Shown here: piece by piece, positions 45,359 to 55,941 of the stretch
Layout of the letters: each line of letters starts with the position of its first letter
Numbering within the stretch: the first letter of the stretch is position 1
Assembly (NCBI GenBank): GCA_963814585.1
Contig: CAWFDF010000009.1
Coordinates: 224,001-288,000, forward strand
Direction of reading: 5' to 3'
Source of the DNA: an uncultured delta proteobacterium
GTDB taxonomy: Bacteria > Myxococcota > Myxococcia > Myxococcales > Anaeromyxobacteraceae
DNA: 64,000 nt
Notes under the pieces: generated by a model
What the model was told of the DNA's origin: nothing
The model's database searches: none
Seen by the model: the letters and a program-made list of their open reading frames with translations, nothing else
Made by a program: the position numbers and the translations under genes

Positions 45359-46386
45359 ATGGTTCGTCGAATCGTGCTCGTCAGCGTCGCCGCGGCCCTC
45401 GCCGCCTGTGGCAACTCCGGCCCCAAGAAGAGCGGCACGGCCGTCGCCTCCGGCAAGGGCATCACCATCACCGCCGAGGAGTTCAAGGCCCGCCTGGATG
45501 AGCAGTCCCCCTTCATCCGCGCCCGCTACACGACGCTGGAGCGGAAGAAGGAGTTCCTCGACAACCTGATCCGCTTCGAGGTCCTCGCCAAGGAGGCGGA
45601 GCGGCAGGGGCTCGACAAGGACCCCGAGGTGCAGCTGACGCTGCGGAAGATCATGGTCCAGAAGCTGGTCCAGCGGTCCTTCCAGGACCCGGGCGCCGCC
45701 AAGGAGCTGCCCGACGCCGAGACCCAGAAGTACTACGACGAGCACAGGGACGAGTTCAACCGTCCCAAGAAGGCCCGGGTGGCCGCCATCGTCCTCAACG
45801 CGCCGGCCGGCTCGCCCGACCGGGCCAAGAAGGTCGCCACCGCCAGGAAGGCGCTCGCCAAGGTGAAGGCCGAGGAGAAGAAGAACCCCATGGCCTTCCA
45901 GCAGGCGGTCGCCGAGTTCACCGAGGACGCGGCCAGCAAGGGCGTGGCCGGCGACCTGGGCTTCAAGTCGGCCGAGGAGCTGGAGAAGAGCTTCGGCAAG
46001 GAGGTGGCGACGGCCGCCTTCGCGCTCAAGGCCGGCGAGGTCTCCGGCGTCATCGAGGGCGCCCAGGGTGTCTACGTGATCCGGCTGGCCGGCGTGCAGG
46101 AGGAGCTCTCCCGCTCCTTCGAGCAGGTGAAGGGGCAGATCAGCCAGAAGCTGACCCGGGAGCGGCGCACCAAGGAGTTCGACGAGCTGGTGAAGAAGCT
46201 CCGCGACGAGGCCCAGGTGGCCATCGACGACAAGGCGCTCGAGGCCGTCGTGGTGGCCGCCGCGCCGGCGCCCACGCCCGGCGCCCCTGGCGCCGGCGCC
46301 ACGGCATGCCCGGCGCGCCCGGCATGCCCATGTCCATGCCGGCACCGGCCCCGGCCGCTCCGCCCGCCGCGCCCAAGACCAGGTAG
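45359..46386 (+). CDS. PpiC/PrsA-type peptidyl-prolyl isomerase lipoprotein (frameshift near 46300 in the Pro/Ala tail)
   Basis: Lipobox LAAC; FTEDAASKGVAGDLGF; GEVSGVIEGAQGVYVI. Confidence 0.85.
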
Positions 46387-47339
46387 TGCGCCGGACCGGC
46401 TCGCTCGGCCTGCTGGCCCTCGTCACCCTCGCGGCCGCCTGCAGCCGGAGCGGGGGTGGCGCGGCCTCCGGGGCCCCGGCGGGCACCCAGGCGGTGGCGG
46501 TGGTGAACGGCGAGCCCATCCCGGCGGCGGCGCTGGCCCGCGAGCTCCGCCAGATCCGCGCCGGCGGCGAGGGGGACGCGCCGGGCGAGCCGCTCCGCAA
46601 GCGGGTGCTGGACGATCTCATCGACCGGGCCCTGCTGCTCCAGCAGGCCCGGGCCCGCTCCATCGCCGTGGGGCAGGAGCAGGTGGAGCGCGCCTTCCTG
46701 CGGGTCCGGGGCGAGTACCCCGGCACCCACTTCGACGACCTGCTGGCGCGCGAGCGGCTCAGCCAGGCCGAGCTGAAGGCGCGCCTGAAAGACCAGCTCA
46801 CGGTGGAGCGGCTCTTCCACGACGAGGTCTTCCCCCGGGTGCAGGTCCAGCCCGCCGACGTGGAGCGGTGGTACGCCGACCACGCCGCCGAGTTCCAGGA
46901 GCCGGACCGGGTCCGCGTGCTGCAGGTGGTGGTGTCGAGCCGCGACGAGGCCGCCGCGCTGCGCGACAAGCTGCGGCGGGACCCGTCCAAGTTCGCCGAG
47001 GTGGCCCGGGCCAGCTCCATCGCCCCGGAGGGGAAGAACGGCGGCGAGCTGGGCTGGATCCGCCGCGGCGGCGGCTTCCCGGAGGTGTTCGACGTCTGCT
47101 TCTCCCTGCCGCTCCACTCCATCTCCGACGTGGTCCCGTCGCCCTACGGCTTCCACGTCTTCCGCGTGGTGGAGCGAAAGGGCGCCAGCCGGCGCACCCT
47201 CGACCAGGCCCGCGGCGAGATCGCCGAGCGCCTGCTCCGCGAGCGCCGGGCCCGCGCCCAGGAGGAGTACCTGGCCACGCTGCGCGGGCGCGCCACCATC
47301 CAGGTCGACCAGTCGGCCCTCTCCGCGGTGACTCCTTGA
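46386..47339 (+). CDS. PpiC-type peptidyl-prolyl isomerase lipoprotein
   Basis: Lipobox AAAC; SIAPEGKNGGELGW; SPYGFHVF. Confidence 0.9.
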   Translation: MRRTGSLGLLALVTLAAACSRSGGGAASGAPAGTQAVAVVNGEPIPAAALARELRQIRAGGEGDAPGEPLRKRVLDDLIDRALLLQQARARSIAVGQEQVERAFLRVRGEYPGTHFDDLLARERLSQAELKARLKDQLTVERLFHDEVFPRVQVQPADVERWYADHAAEFQEPDRVRVLQVVVSSRDEAAALRDKLRRDPSKFAEVARASSIAPEGKNGGELGWIRRGGGFPEVFDVCFSLPLHSISDVVPSPYGFHVFRVVERKGASRRTLDQARGEIAERLLRERRARAQEEYLATLRGRATIQVDQSALSAVTP

Positions 47340-48434
47340 ACCCGATCTCGCTCTCGCTGCTCGCCCTCGCACTCGCCGCCGAACCGGCCCCGCCGGCCGC
47401 CACCGCCCAGGAGGCCCGTCCGGCTGCCGCTCCGGCCACTGACCCGGCTGCGGCCCCAGTCGCTGCTCCGCCTGGGGACCGCACCGGCGCCCGCGAGGGC
47501 TCCGGGGCCGGCCCACCGGGTCGTCGTCAACCGGGTGGCCGCCACCGTCAACAGCGAGGTGGTGACGCTGCAGGAGCTGGAGCAGCGCGGCGGCGACGAG
47601 TGGAAGCGGGCCAGCGCCCTGCCGCCCGGGCCGGAGCGCGACCGGGCCGTGGCGCTGGCGCTGCGCCGCGCCTTCGACGGGGTGCTGGCCGAGAAGGTCT
47701 TCCACGCCCAGGCCGTGGCGCTGCAGCTCGAGGTGACCGACGACCAGGTCACCGCCGCCATCGAGGACATCAAGAAGCGGAACCGCGCCGACGACAAGAT
47801 GCTCGACCAGATGCTGGCCGAGCAGGGGCTGACCCGGCCCGAGTTCCGCGAGCAGATCCGCGGCCAGCTCGAGAGCTACAACGTGCTCTCCGCCAAGGTG
47901 CGCGGCAAGGTGAGGCTCTCCGACGACGACGTGAAGAACTACTACCAGAAGCACCCGGGCGAGTTCCGGGGCGAGGAGGAGCTGCACGTCCGCCACATCC
48001 TCGTGCCGCTCCCCGAGGACGCCGACCGGTTCGAGGTCGGCCGGGCCACGCTGGCGGGGGAGAAGGCCCGGCAGCGCGTCACCGGCGGCGAGCCGTTCGG
48101 CGAGGTGGCCAAGGCGATCTCCAAGGGGCCCGGCGCCGCCGAGGGCGGCGATCTCGGCTGGCTGCGCCGCGGCACCATGCAGCGCTCGCTGGAGGAGGTG
48201 GTGTTCGCCCTGAAGGACGGCGAGGTCTCGCCGCTGGTCCGGGCCGGGCCGGGCCTCCACCTCTTCAAGGTGGAGGAGCGGCGGCAGGGCGGCGGGCGGA
48301 GCTTCGAGCAGGTCAAGGACGAGATCCGCGACCGGCTCAGCATGGAGCAGACCCAGGCCTACCGGGAGCAGTACCTGGGCGAGCTGAGGCGCGACGCCGT
48401 CATCGACATCCGCATCCCCGAGCTCAGGGACTGA
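47336..48434 (+). CDS. surA: SurA-like chaperone/PPIase (frameshift near 47480)
   Basis: TTG start and signal peptide; VVNRVAATVNSEVVTLQE; HVRHIL; GGDLGW; directly upstream of pdxA. Confidence 0.8.
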
Positions 48435-48448
48435 CGGGGCCCGGATCG

Positions 48449-49474
48449 ATGCGAGCTCCCCGCCTCGCCATCAGCCTGGGCGATCCCTCCGGCATCGGCG
48501 CCGAGGTGACGGCGGCGGCGCTGCTCGAGCTGCGCGGCGAGGTGGAGCCGCTCCTCTTCGGCGACCCGGGCCTGCTGGCGCGCGGCTTCGCCCCGCTGCG
48601 GCTCCCGGTGGTCGAGCTGGGCGCGCCGGTCCCGGCGGGGGGCGCGCTGGTGGCGGTCACCCGGCTGCCGGCCCCGGCGCTCCGGGCCGGCCGCCCCTCG
48701 GCGCGCGGCGCCGCCGCCCAGCTGGCCTTCCTCACCGCGGCCTTCGACTCGGTCCGGAACGGCCAGTCGGCCGCGCTCTGCACCGCGCCGGTCTCCAAGG
48801 CCCAGGTGGCGCGTGTCCTGCCCGGCTTCGTCGGCCACACCGAGTGGCTGGAGGCCCGCTGCGGGGTGCGCCGCACGGTGATGATGCTGGCGGGGCGGCG
48901 GCTCCGGGTGGCGCTGGTGACCAACCACGCGCCGCTGTCGCGGGTGCGGCGGGCGCTCACCGCGGCGCTCATCGCCGAGACCATCGCCGTCACCTTCCGG
49001 GCGCTGCGCCACGACCTCGGCGTGGCCCGGCCGCGGGTGGCGCTGGCGGCGTGGAACCCGCACGCCGGCGAGGGCGGCCTGGTGGGCGACGAGGAGGCGG
49101 CGCTGCTCGACCCCGCGCTCGGGCTGGCCCGGCGGGGCGGCACGCCGGCGCACGGCCCCTACCCCGCCGACTCGGTCTTCTTCCGCGCCGCGCTCGGCGA
49201 GTTCGACGCCGTGGTGGCGCTCTACCACGACCAGGGGCTGATCCCGGTGAAGCTGCTCGACGCGGTGGCGGGTGACGCCGCGGTCAACGTGACGCTGGGG
49301 CTGCCGCTGGTGCGGACCAGCCCGGATCACGGCGTGGCCTACTCGCTGGCCGGCACCGGCCGCGCCAACCCGGCCTCGATGGTGGCGGCGCTGCGGCTGG
49401 CGGCGAGGATCGCCAACGTGCGGGCGGTGGCGGCCCGCAGCGCCAGGGTGCGGGCGAAGGCGGCGCGACCGTAG
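48449..49474 (+). CDS. pdxA: 4-hydroxythreonine-4-phosphate dehydrogenase
   Basis: GDPSGIGAEV, GHTEWL, NPHAGE, YHDQGLIPVK, RTSPDHG. Confidence 0.95.
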   Translation: MRAPRLAISLGDPSGIGAEVTAAALLELRGEVEPLLFGDPGLLARGFAPLRLPVVELGAPVPAGGALVAVTRLPAPALRAGRPSARGAAAQLAFLTAAFDSVRNGQSAALCTAPVSKAQVARVLPGFVGHTEWLEARCGVRRTVMMLAGRRLRVALVTNHAPLSRVRRALTAALIAETIAVTFRALRHDLGVARPRVALAAWNPHAGEGGLVGDEEAALLDPALGLARRGGTPAHGPYPADSVFFRAALGEFDAVVALYHDQGLIPVKLLDAVAGDAAVNVTLGLPLVRTSPDHGVAYSLAGTGRANPASMVAALRLAARIANVRAVAARSARVRAKAARP

Positions 49475-49558
49475 TCCTTCTCGCCTGGTCGGATCGCCCT
49501 CACGCGCGTCACGATCGGATCTGTTGAAACGTCCTGATTCCAGGCAGTTGAGTGGCCC

Positions 49559-49598
49559 ATGACGCGGGTTGGTGCGTCATGGATTACTCTCGGTCGGG
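49559..49598 (+). repeat. Repeat copy D with ATGACGC-N8-GCGTCAT palindrome
   Basis: ATGACGCGGGTTGGTGCGTCAT followed by GGATTACTCTCGGTCGGG; same layout as 31013-31065. Confidence 0.6.
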
Positions 49599-49682
49599 CG
49601 CCGCGGTCGGGCGCCGAGAGGCTCCCGGGAGCGGCGGGGCCTCGACGCGACCAGGGGAGCCGCCGGGGTCTGAACCTGGCTT

Positions 49683-49714
49683 GCGTCGGCGCCACCAGAA
49701 GCCGGCGCCGACGC
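49683..49714 (-). terminator. GC-rich hairpin immediately after the ychF stop
   Basis: GCGTCGGCGCC-N10-GGCGCCGACGC 11-bp stem; no U-tract. Confidence 0.45.
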
Positions 49715-49717
49715 GAT

Positions 49718-50824
49718 CTAGACGTTGAACCGGAAGTGCATGACGTCGCCGTCCTGCACCACGTAGTCGCGCCCCTCGATCCGCAGCTTCCCCTTCTCGC
49801 GGCAGGCCGCCTCGGTCTTCAGCTCGAGCAGGTCCTCGACGCGGATCACCTCGGCCTTGATGAAGCCCTTCTCGAAGTCGGTGTGGATGACCCCGGCCGC
49901 CATGGGCGCGGTGTCGCCGCGGTGGACCGTCCAGGCCCGGCACTCGTCGCCGCCGGAGGTGAAGAAGGTGATGAGGTGGAGCAGGTCGTAGCCGGCCCGC
50001 ACCAGGCGGTTGAGGCCAGGCTCGGTCATCCCCATGCTGGCCAGGAACTCGGCCCGCTCGGCGGGCGGAAGCTCGACGAGCTCGGCCTCGACCTTGCCGC
50101 AGATGACGACCACGGGGGCGCCCTCCTCGTCGGCCAGCGCCTTCACCAGGGCGACATGCGGGTCGTCGGGGGCGAGCTCGGTGTCGTCCACATTGGCGAT
50201 GTAGAGGACCGGCTTGGCGGTGAGCAGCGACAGCTCCCTCGCGAGCGCCCGCCCCTCGTCGGAGAGCTTCTGGCGGCGCACCGGGACGCCGCCGTCCAGG
50301 CCGGCCCTGAGCTCGTCGAGGTGCACCAGCTCGGCCCGGGCCAGCTCGCCCGGCTTGCCGGCGCCCTTGGTGTTCTTCACGGTCCGCTCGCGCCGCTTCT
50401 CGACCGACTCGAGGTCCTTCAGCATCAGCTCGGTCTCGACCACGTCGCGGTCGGAGCGCGGGTCCACCTGGCCGGCCACGTGGATGACGTCCGGGTCCAC
50501 GAAGCAGCGCAGCACGTGGGCGATGGCGTCCACCTCGCGGATGGTGGCGAGGAACTGGTTGCCCAGGCCCTCGCCCTTCGACGCCCCGGCCACCAGGCCG
50601 GCGATGTCGACGAACTCCAGCGTGGTGGGGGTGGTCTTCTCCGGGCCGAAGAGGGCCGAGAGCGCGTCGAGCCGCTGGTCCGGCACCGGCACCACGCCGA
50701 GGTTCGGCTCGATGGTGCAGAACGGGTAGTTGGCCGCCGCCGCCTGGGCGGTGCCCAGCAGCGCGTTGAAGAGGGTGGACTTCCCCACGTTGGGGAGCCC
50801 GACGATGCCGATGCCGAGTGCCAT
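49718..50824 (-). CDS. ychF: Ribosome-binding ATPase YchF
   Basis: GLPNVGKST, NYPFCTIEPN, DIAGLV, GEGLGNQFL, HTDFEKGFIKAE, DGDVMHFRFNV. Confidence 0.97.
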   Translation of the reverse strand: MALGIGIVGLPNVGKSTLFNALLGTAQAAAANYPFCTIEPNLGVVPVPDQRLDALSALFGPEKTTPTTLEFVDIAGLVAGASKGEGLGNQFLATIREVDAIAHVLRCFVDPDVIHVAGQVDPRSDRDVVETELMLKDLESVEKRRERTVKNTKGAGKPGELARAELVHLDELRAGLDGGVPVRRQKLSDEGRALARELSLLTAKPVLYIANVDDTELAPDDPHVALVKALADEEGAPVVVICGKVEAELVELPPAERAEFLASMGMTEPGLNRLVRAGYDLLHLITFFTSGGDECRAWTVHRGDTAPMAAGVIHTDFEKGFIKAEVIRVEDLLELKTEAACREKGKLRIEGRDYVVQDGDVMHFRFNV

Positions 50825-50905
50825 GAGGCTTCCTTGGAAATGAAACGGCCCCGGCGGACCTGGAGGGCCCGCCGGAGCCGGCGATGCGTGACCGCGGAGG
50901 CGCCG

Positions 50906-51442
50906 CTAGGCGCGTCCGGCGGGGAGCTGCTTCAGGTAGTCCTCGACCAGCTGGCGCTGGGACTTCTCGTCCAGGCTGGCCTTCACCAGCCGGGACGCCG
51001 CGTCGATGGCGAGATCGACCGCCATGCCGCGGAGCTCGGAGACCGCCTTGGACCTCTCCTCGACGATCTGCTTGCGGGCGCTGGAGACCAGCTCGTCGGC
51101 CTCCTGGCGGGCCCTGGCCGTGAGCTCCTGGCGGAGCTTCTCGACCTCCTGCTGGTTCCGCTTGGCCATCTCGGCGGCCTCCCGGGTGGCGCGGGCCAGC
51201 GACTCCTTCTGCTCGGCCAGCATCCGCTCGGCCTCGGCCCGCTCCTTCTTGGCCGCGTCGATGGCCTCGTGGATGGTCCGGGCCCGCTCGTCGAGCATCT
51301 TGACGATGGGACCCCAGGCGAACTTGTAGAGGACGCCCAGCAGCACCAGGAAGGTGATGGCCGTCCAGAGGGTGAGCCCGGGGTTGATGGTGGTGAGCGA
51401 CCCGGCGGCCAGCACCGGGGCGGGGACGGCGAAGAGGGCCAT
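50906..51442 (-). CDS. atpF: ATP synthase F0 subunit b
   Basis: NPGLTLWTAITFLVLLGVLYKFAWGPIVKMLDER plus coiled coil. Confidence 0.95.
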   Translation of the reverse strand: MALFAVPAPVLAAGSLTTINPGLTLWTAITFLVLLGVLYKFAWGPIVKMLDERARTIHEAIDAAKKERAEAERMLAEQKESLARATREAAEMAKRNQQEVEKLRQELTARARQEADELVSSARKQIVEERSKAVSELRGMAVDLAIDAASRLVKASLDEKSQRQLVEDYLKQLPAGRA

Positions 51443-51476
51443 GCTGGCTCCTTCTGGTCGCGGCCGGACGGCCGGA

Positions 51477-51707
51477 CTACTTGGCGATGGCGAGGAGCAG
51501 CGTGACCACGATGGCGAAGAGCGTGGCGCCTTCGATGAGGGCGGCGGCGATGATCATCGAGGTGCGGATCTCGCCGGCGGCGGTGGGCTGGCGGGCCGAG
51601 CCCTCCATGGCGGCGGCGGCCAGCTTGCCGATGCCGACGCCGGCGCCGATGACGGCGAGGCCGGCGCCGATGCCGGCGCCGAAGTATCCGAGAGAGAACT
51701 GGTTCAT
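51477..51707 (-). CDS. atpE: ATP synthase F0 subunit c
   Basis: GAGVGIG, ARQP, ALIEG. Confidence 0.96.
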   Translation of the reverse strand: MNQFSLGYFGAGIGAGLAVIGAGVGIGKLAAAAMEGSARQPTAAGEIRTSMIIAAALIEGATLFAIVVTLLLAIAK

Positions 51708-51837
51708 GGTGTCATTCCTCAGGTGCTGCCGTGGCGGCGGATGAGGGACGGGCCGCCGTGACCCGTGGCGCGAGTGCTCCGCGCTCGACTACCCATGGCC
51801 CGGGAACCCTCCCGGCCACGTGTGAGAGGTGGGACTC

Positions 51838-52956
51838 CTAGTGGTGGGCCTCGGCGTGGTCGCCGTGGGCGGCGCCGTGCTCCTCGTGCTCGTCGTGGCC
51901 GTGGCTGGCGAAGGCGGCCCCGATGAAGAGCGAGGAGAGCATGGTGAAGATGTAGGCCTGCACGAAGGCCACGAAGAGCTCGAGCATGAAGATGGCGAGC
52001 GCCAGCGCCACCGAGGCCGGCGCCACCCAGACCGAGATGGCGAAGATCAGGCCGAGCAGCGCCAGGATGACGAAGTGGCCGGCCACCATGTTGGCGAAGA
52101 GACGGACGGTGAGGGCGAAGGGCTTGGTGAAGAGCCCGAGCACCTCCACCGGGACCATGACGAACCAGAGCGGCCAGAGCGACTTGGGCACGCCGCCGGT
52201 GAGGTGGGCCAGGTAGGCGCCGATCCCCATGGCCTTGATGGCCGCGTACTGGGTGATGAGGAAGGTGAACACCGCCAGGCAGACCGTCACGTTGACGTTG
52301 GCGGTGGCGGTGCCGCTCCAGGGGATGAGCCCGAACAGGTTGACGAAGAGGATGAAGAAGAAGGCGGTCAGCAGGTAGGGCAGGAAGCGGTCGGCGTCCT
52401 TCTTGCCGATGTTGGGCGCCGCCAGCTCGTTGCGGACGAAGTTCACCAGCAGCTCGACGAAGTTGTAGAGCCCGCGCGGCACCAGGGCGCGCTTGCGGGT
52501 GGCGGAGAGCACCACCAGCAGCAGCAGCGCCGAGGCCAGCCACATCATGATGACGTGCTTGGTCGGCGTCATGTCGACGGCGCCGAACTTGAGGGCGTCG
52601 CCGAAGGTGCCGCTCAGCTTCCACTCGCAGTTCCAGTGCCAGCCGCCCTGCCCGTCCTTGACGCAGACGCCGGGGTACTCGATGACGTCGCCGTCGACCA
52701 CGTGGTGCATCATCACCGCGCCGAGGCTCTCGTCGTGGCCTCCGCCGTGGGCGCCAGCGGTCGCCTCGTGCCCGGCCGGCGCGCCGTGCCCGCCGGCGGA
52801 GGCGCCGTGCGGGGCGGGGGCGCCGTGCTCCACGGTGGCGGCGGGCGCGGCGTGGCCATGGCCGGCGTGGGGATCGGCGGCGTCGCCGGGGGGGGCGGGC
52901 TGATGCTGGCCGAGGGTGAGGCTGAGCGCGAGCGTGACGAGCGTCGAGGCGATCAT
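51838..52956 (-). CDS. atpB: ATP synthase F0 subunit a with His-rich extensions
   Basis: [35 protein letters not shown]. Confidence 0.95.
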   Translation of the reverse strand: MIASTLVTLALSLTLGQHQPAPPGDAADPHAGHGHAAPAATVEHGAPAPHGASAGGHGAPAGHEATAGAHGGGHDESLGAVMMHHVVDGDVIEYPGVCVKDGQGGWHWNCEWKLSGTFGDALKFGAVDMTPTKHVIMMWLASALLLLVVLSATRKRALVPRGLYNFVELLVNFVRNELAAPNIGKKDADRFLPYLLTAFFFILFVNLFGLIPWSGTATANVNVTVCLAVFTFLITQYAAIKAMGIGAYLAHLTGGVPKSLWPLWFVMVPVEVLGLFTKPFALTVRLFANMVAGHFVILALLGLIFAISVWVAPASVALALAIFMLELFVAFVQAYIFTMLSSLFIGAAFASHGHDEHEEHGAAHGDHAEAHH

Positions 52957-53318
52957 GCGGTCGTTTCCGGGGCGCGGCGGAGGGTGTGGACGTAGGCGGC
53001 CTCGAGGGCCGCGAAGGCGAAGAAGGTGACGAAGAAGGCCACCACGAAGGCGATGACGTTCCCGCTGGCCCGAACCACGGCGACGGTGCCGAGGCCGAGC
53101 AGGACGAGGCGGAGGAGGAAGCCGGCCACCACGACGGCCAGCGCCGCCTGGATCGGCCTGGAGGCGCGCGCCGTGATCCGCAGCGCCAGGACGGAGCCGA
53201 GGCCGGTGAGCCCGGCGATGGCCGCGCCGGCCAGCGCCCCGAGCCGGTACTCGCCGGTGGCGCTGGCGATCCCCAGGAAGGCGGCGGCGATGGCGGTGGC
53301 GGCGAGCGGGAACTTCAC
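52953..53318 (-). CDS. AtpI-like four-TM accessory protein
   Basis: Hydrophobic ORF overlapping both neighbours, immediately upstream of atpB. Confidence 0.7.
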   Translation of the reverse strand: MKFPLAATAIAAAFLGIASATGEYRLGALAGAAIAGLTGLGSVLALRITARASRPIQAALAVVVAGFLLRLVLLGLGTVAVVRASGNVIAFVVAFFVTFFAFAALEAAYVHTLRRAPETTA

Positions 53319-53569
53319 TTGTCCTTCCTCGGTCCCAGGACCTGCCTGAAGAAGCTGATGAACCCGACCACCATCCCCAGCACCGCGCCGGCCACCGTCA
53401 ACCACGGGGTCCGCAGCTCGAACCACCCGTCGGCCAGGTGCCCGAGCCAGGTGCAGCCACCGACCGCAACCACCAGGCTCGTCGAGGCGGCGGTGTATGG
53501 CGCCGCCTTCCGGTACGCGTCGGCGAGGCTGTTGAGACCGTTACCCTTGCCTTGAAACATGAGGGACAT
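53315..53569 (-). CDS. AtpZ/AtpI-family accessory protein
   Basis: Two TMs, [25 protein letters not shown]. Confidence 0.8.
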   Translation of the reverse strand: MSLMFQGKGNGLNSLADAYRKAAPYTAASTSLVVAVGGCTWLGHLADGWFELRTPWLTVAGAVLGMVVGFISFFRQVLGPRKDK

Positions 53570-53599
53570 CCAATGCTTCGGTGAGGCGGAGGGGACGCT

Positions 53600-53629
53600 C
53601 GTATAGCAGGGCCAATCCCCGCTCGTCAA
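53600..53629 (-). promoter_or_regulatory. Candidate promoter of the F0 operon
   Basis: TTGACG-N18-TATACG with a TG extended -10. Confidence 0.5.
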
Positions 53630-53680
53630 CGACTGCCGGAGCGGGCCCGGAGCGCCCCCTCCCTGCGGGGCAAGCGCCCG

Positions 53681-54976
53681 TCATCCTTCGATCTTTGCCG
53701 CAGCGGCGAAGGCCACCCTCGCGGCGCGGAGCGTCAGGGCCAGGTCGGCCTCGGAGTGGGCGGTGGAGAGGAAGGCCGACTCGAACTGGGAGGGTGGGAA
53801 GTAGACGCCGTTCTCCAGCAGGGCGTGGAAGAAGGCGCCGAACCGCCTCGCCGAGGCCAGGCGGGCGCTGGCCGCGTCGGTGACCGGGGTCGAGGTGAAG
53901 AAGACGGTCAGCATCGAGCCGACGCGGTTGAGCACCACCGGGACCTTCTCGGCGGCGGCCGCCTCCAGCAGCCCGGCCGCCAGCGCGGCGGCCCGGGTCT
54001 CCAGCAGCTGGTAGGCGGCCGGCGTCATCAGCCTCAGGGTGGCCATGCCGGCGGCCATGGCCATGGGGTTCCCGGAGAGCGTCCCGGCCTGGTAGATGGG
54101 GCCGGCCGGCGCCACCCGGTCCATCACGTCGGCGCGGCCGCCGAAGGCCCCCACCGGCAGGCCTCCCCCGATCACCTTGCCGAAGGTGACGAGGTCGGGG
54201 CGGAGGCCGTAGAGGCCGCAGGCGCCGCCGCTGCCGAGCCGGAAGCCGGTCATCACCTCGTCGACGATGAAGAGCGCTCCGTGCCGCTTGCAGAGGTCGT
54301 GGATGCCCTGCAGGTAGCCGGGCTCCGGCACGATCACGCCCATGTTGCCCACCACCGGCTCGATGATGACGGCGGCGATGGTGCGGCCGTGGGCCTCGAA
54401 GAGCCGCGCCAGGGCGGGCAGGTCGTTGTAGGGGGCGGTCAGGGTGTGCTTCGCCACGTCGGCCGGCACGCCGGGCGAGTCGGGCAGGCCCAGCGTCTCC
54501 ACGCCCGAGCCGGCCTTGACCAGCAGCGGGTCGCCGGCGCCGTGGTAGCAGCCGTCGAACTTGACCAGGTCGTCACGCCCGGTGAAGCCGCGGGCCACCC
54601 GGATGGCGGCGGTGGTGGCCTCGGTGCCGGAGGAGCAGAAGCGCATCTTCTCGATCCAGGGGGCCCGCTCGCGCACCAGCTCGGCCAGCTGGATCTCCTT
54701 GGGGCTGGGGGCGCCGAAGCTGGAGCCCTCGCGCAGCGCCTCCTGCACCTCGCGCATCACCTCGGGGGCGCAGTGGCCGGCGATGAGCGGCCCCCAGGAG
54801 AGGACGTAGTCGACGTAGTCGTTGCCGTCGACGTCGACGAGGTGGGCGCCGCGGCCGCGGGCGATGAAGCGCGGCGTGCCGCCCACGCCCTTGAAGGCCC
54901 GGACCGGCGAGTTGACGCCGCCGGGGAAGAGGGTGTTGGCCTTGGCGAAGAGCTTCTCGGAGAGGTCGGTCTTCAT
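53681..54976 (-). CDS. hemL: Glutamate-1-semialdehyde 2,1-aminomutase
   Basis: PGGVNSPVRAF, SGTEAT, DEVMTGFR, FGKVIGGGLPVG, YQAGTLSGNP, PSQFE. Confidence 0.97.
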   Translation of the reverse strand: MKTDLSEKLFAKANTLFPGGVNSPVRAFKGVGGTPRFIARGRGAHLVDVDGNDYVDYVLSWGPLIAGHCAPEVMREVQEALREGSSFGAPSPKEIQLAELVRERAPWIEKMRFCSSGTEATTAAIRVARGFTGRDDLVKFDGCYHGAGDPLLVKAGSGVETLGLPDSPGVPADVAKHTLTAPYNDLPALARLFEAHGRTIAAVIIEPVVGNMGVIVPEPGYLQGIHDLCKRHGALFIVDEVMTGFRLGSGGACGLYGLRPDLVTFGKVIGGGLPVGAFGGRADVMDRVAPAGPIYQAGTLSGNPMAMAAGMATLRLMTPAAYQLLETRAAALAAGLLEAAAAEKVPVVLNRVGSMLTVFFTSTPVTDAASARLASARRFGAFFHALLENGVYFPPSQFESAFLSTAHSEADLALTLRAARVAFAAAAKIEG

Positions 54977-55941
54977 GGGATGATCTCGCGGTCCTGGGGC
55001 TTGGGGTGACCGTAGTCGAAGGCTTCGTTGCGGTCGCCGGGGGTGACGGTCCGGGCCGCTTCCTTGCGCCGGCGGACCGCTTCGATGTTGGTGAGGATGG
55101 CCTGCGGGTTGGGGTGGCCCGGCAGGGCCAGCGCGTAGAGCTCGAGGGCCCGGTCGAACCTGCCGAGCTGGGCGTAGAGGCCGGCCTGTCCCTCCTGCGC
55201 CCGCGCCACCAGCTCCGGGGCCGGCCGCCGGTCGACGAGGGCCTGGAAGGCGCGCAGCCCCTCCTCGTCGTGGTGGTCGAGGGCCCAGGCCTGCGCGGTG
55301 AGCAGCTGCGCCTCGTCGGCCTCGACGCTGGCTGGCCAGCGCTCGCGCAGGGTGCGGGCCTCGGCGCGGGCCTGCTCGGCGTTGCCGAGCTCGAGGTACT
55401 CGCGCGCCACCTTGAGCTGGAAGGCGGGGGCCTGCGCCGCGTCGCTGGCGGCGATGTGGGCGTACTGGGCGATGGCCGCCTGGCGGTCCTGGAAGCGGTC
55501 GCGGAAGATGTCGCCGATGATGGCACGGGCCTGGAGCGCCTCCGGGCTGCCGGGCTGCAGCGAGATGATGCGCCGGTAGTAGGCGATGGCGCCGGCGTAG
55601 TCGCCCAGCTCCAGGTAGGCCACGTCGCCGGCGGCCCGCAGGACCCGGAGCCGGACCGCGGCCTGCGGCCCGGGCAGCGGCCCCTCCCCGAGCGAGGCCA
55701 GCAGCCTCTGGAGCTTCTCCAGCGCCTCGCGGGGCTGGCCGCGCTGGCGCAGCTGGGCGGCCGCCTCGATGACGGCCTCGGGCGACGAGCACCCGGGGAG
55801 CGCGGCGAGCAGTCCGGCCAGGCCCAGGGCCACGGCCCGACGGCCCGGCGCCCTGGCGGGGCCACGCGCCCGGCCGGGTCCCCGCCGCGGGGCATGCCGC
55901 CTGGCCGTGCCGGGGCCGGTCCCGCCGAGGAGCGCCGTCAC
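54973..55941 (-). CDS. TPR lipoprotein
   Basis: LLAALPGC lipobox-like segment and TPR helices; overlaps the gyrA stop and hemL start; true start may be downstream. Confidence 0.75.
   Translation of the reverse strand: MTALLGGTGPGTARRHAPRRGPGRARGPARAPGRRAVALGLAGLLAALPGCSSPEAVIEAAAQLRQRGQPREALEKLQRLLASLGEGPLPGPQAAVRLRVLRAAGDVAYLELGDYAGAIAYYRRIISLQPGSPEALQARAIIGDIFRDRFQDRQAAIAQYAHIAASDAAQAPAFQLKVAREYLELGNAEQARAEARTLRERWPASVEADEAQLLTAQAWALDHHDEEGLRAFQALVDRRPAPELVARAQEGQAGLYAQLGRFDRALELYALALPGHPNPQAILTNIEAVRRRKEAARTVTPGDRNEAFDYGHPKPQDREIIP

Noticed and set aside
45359..49474. 1371-aa apparent PPIase-PdxA fusion
   Set aside because: Artefact of a frameshift near 46300 and open shadow frames joining four separate genes, each with its own start and stop
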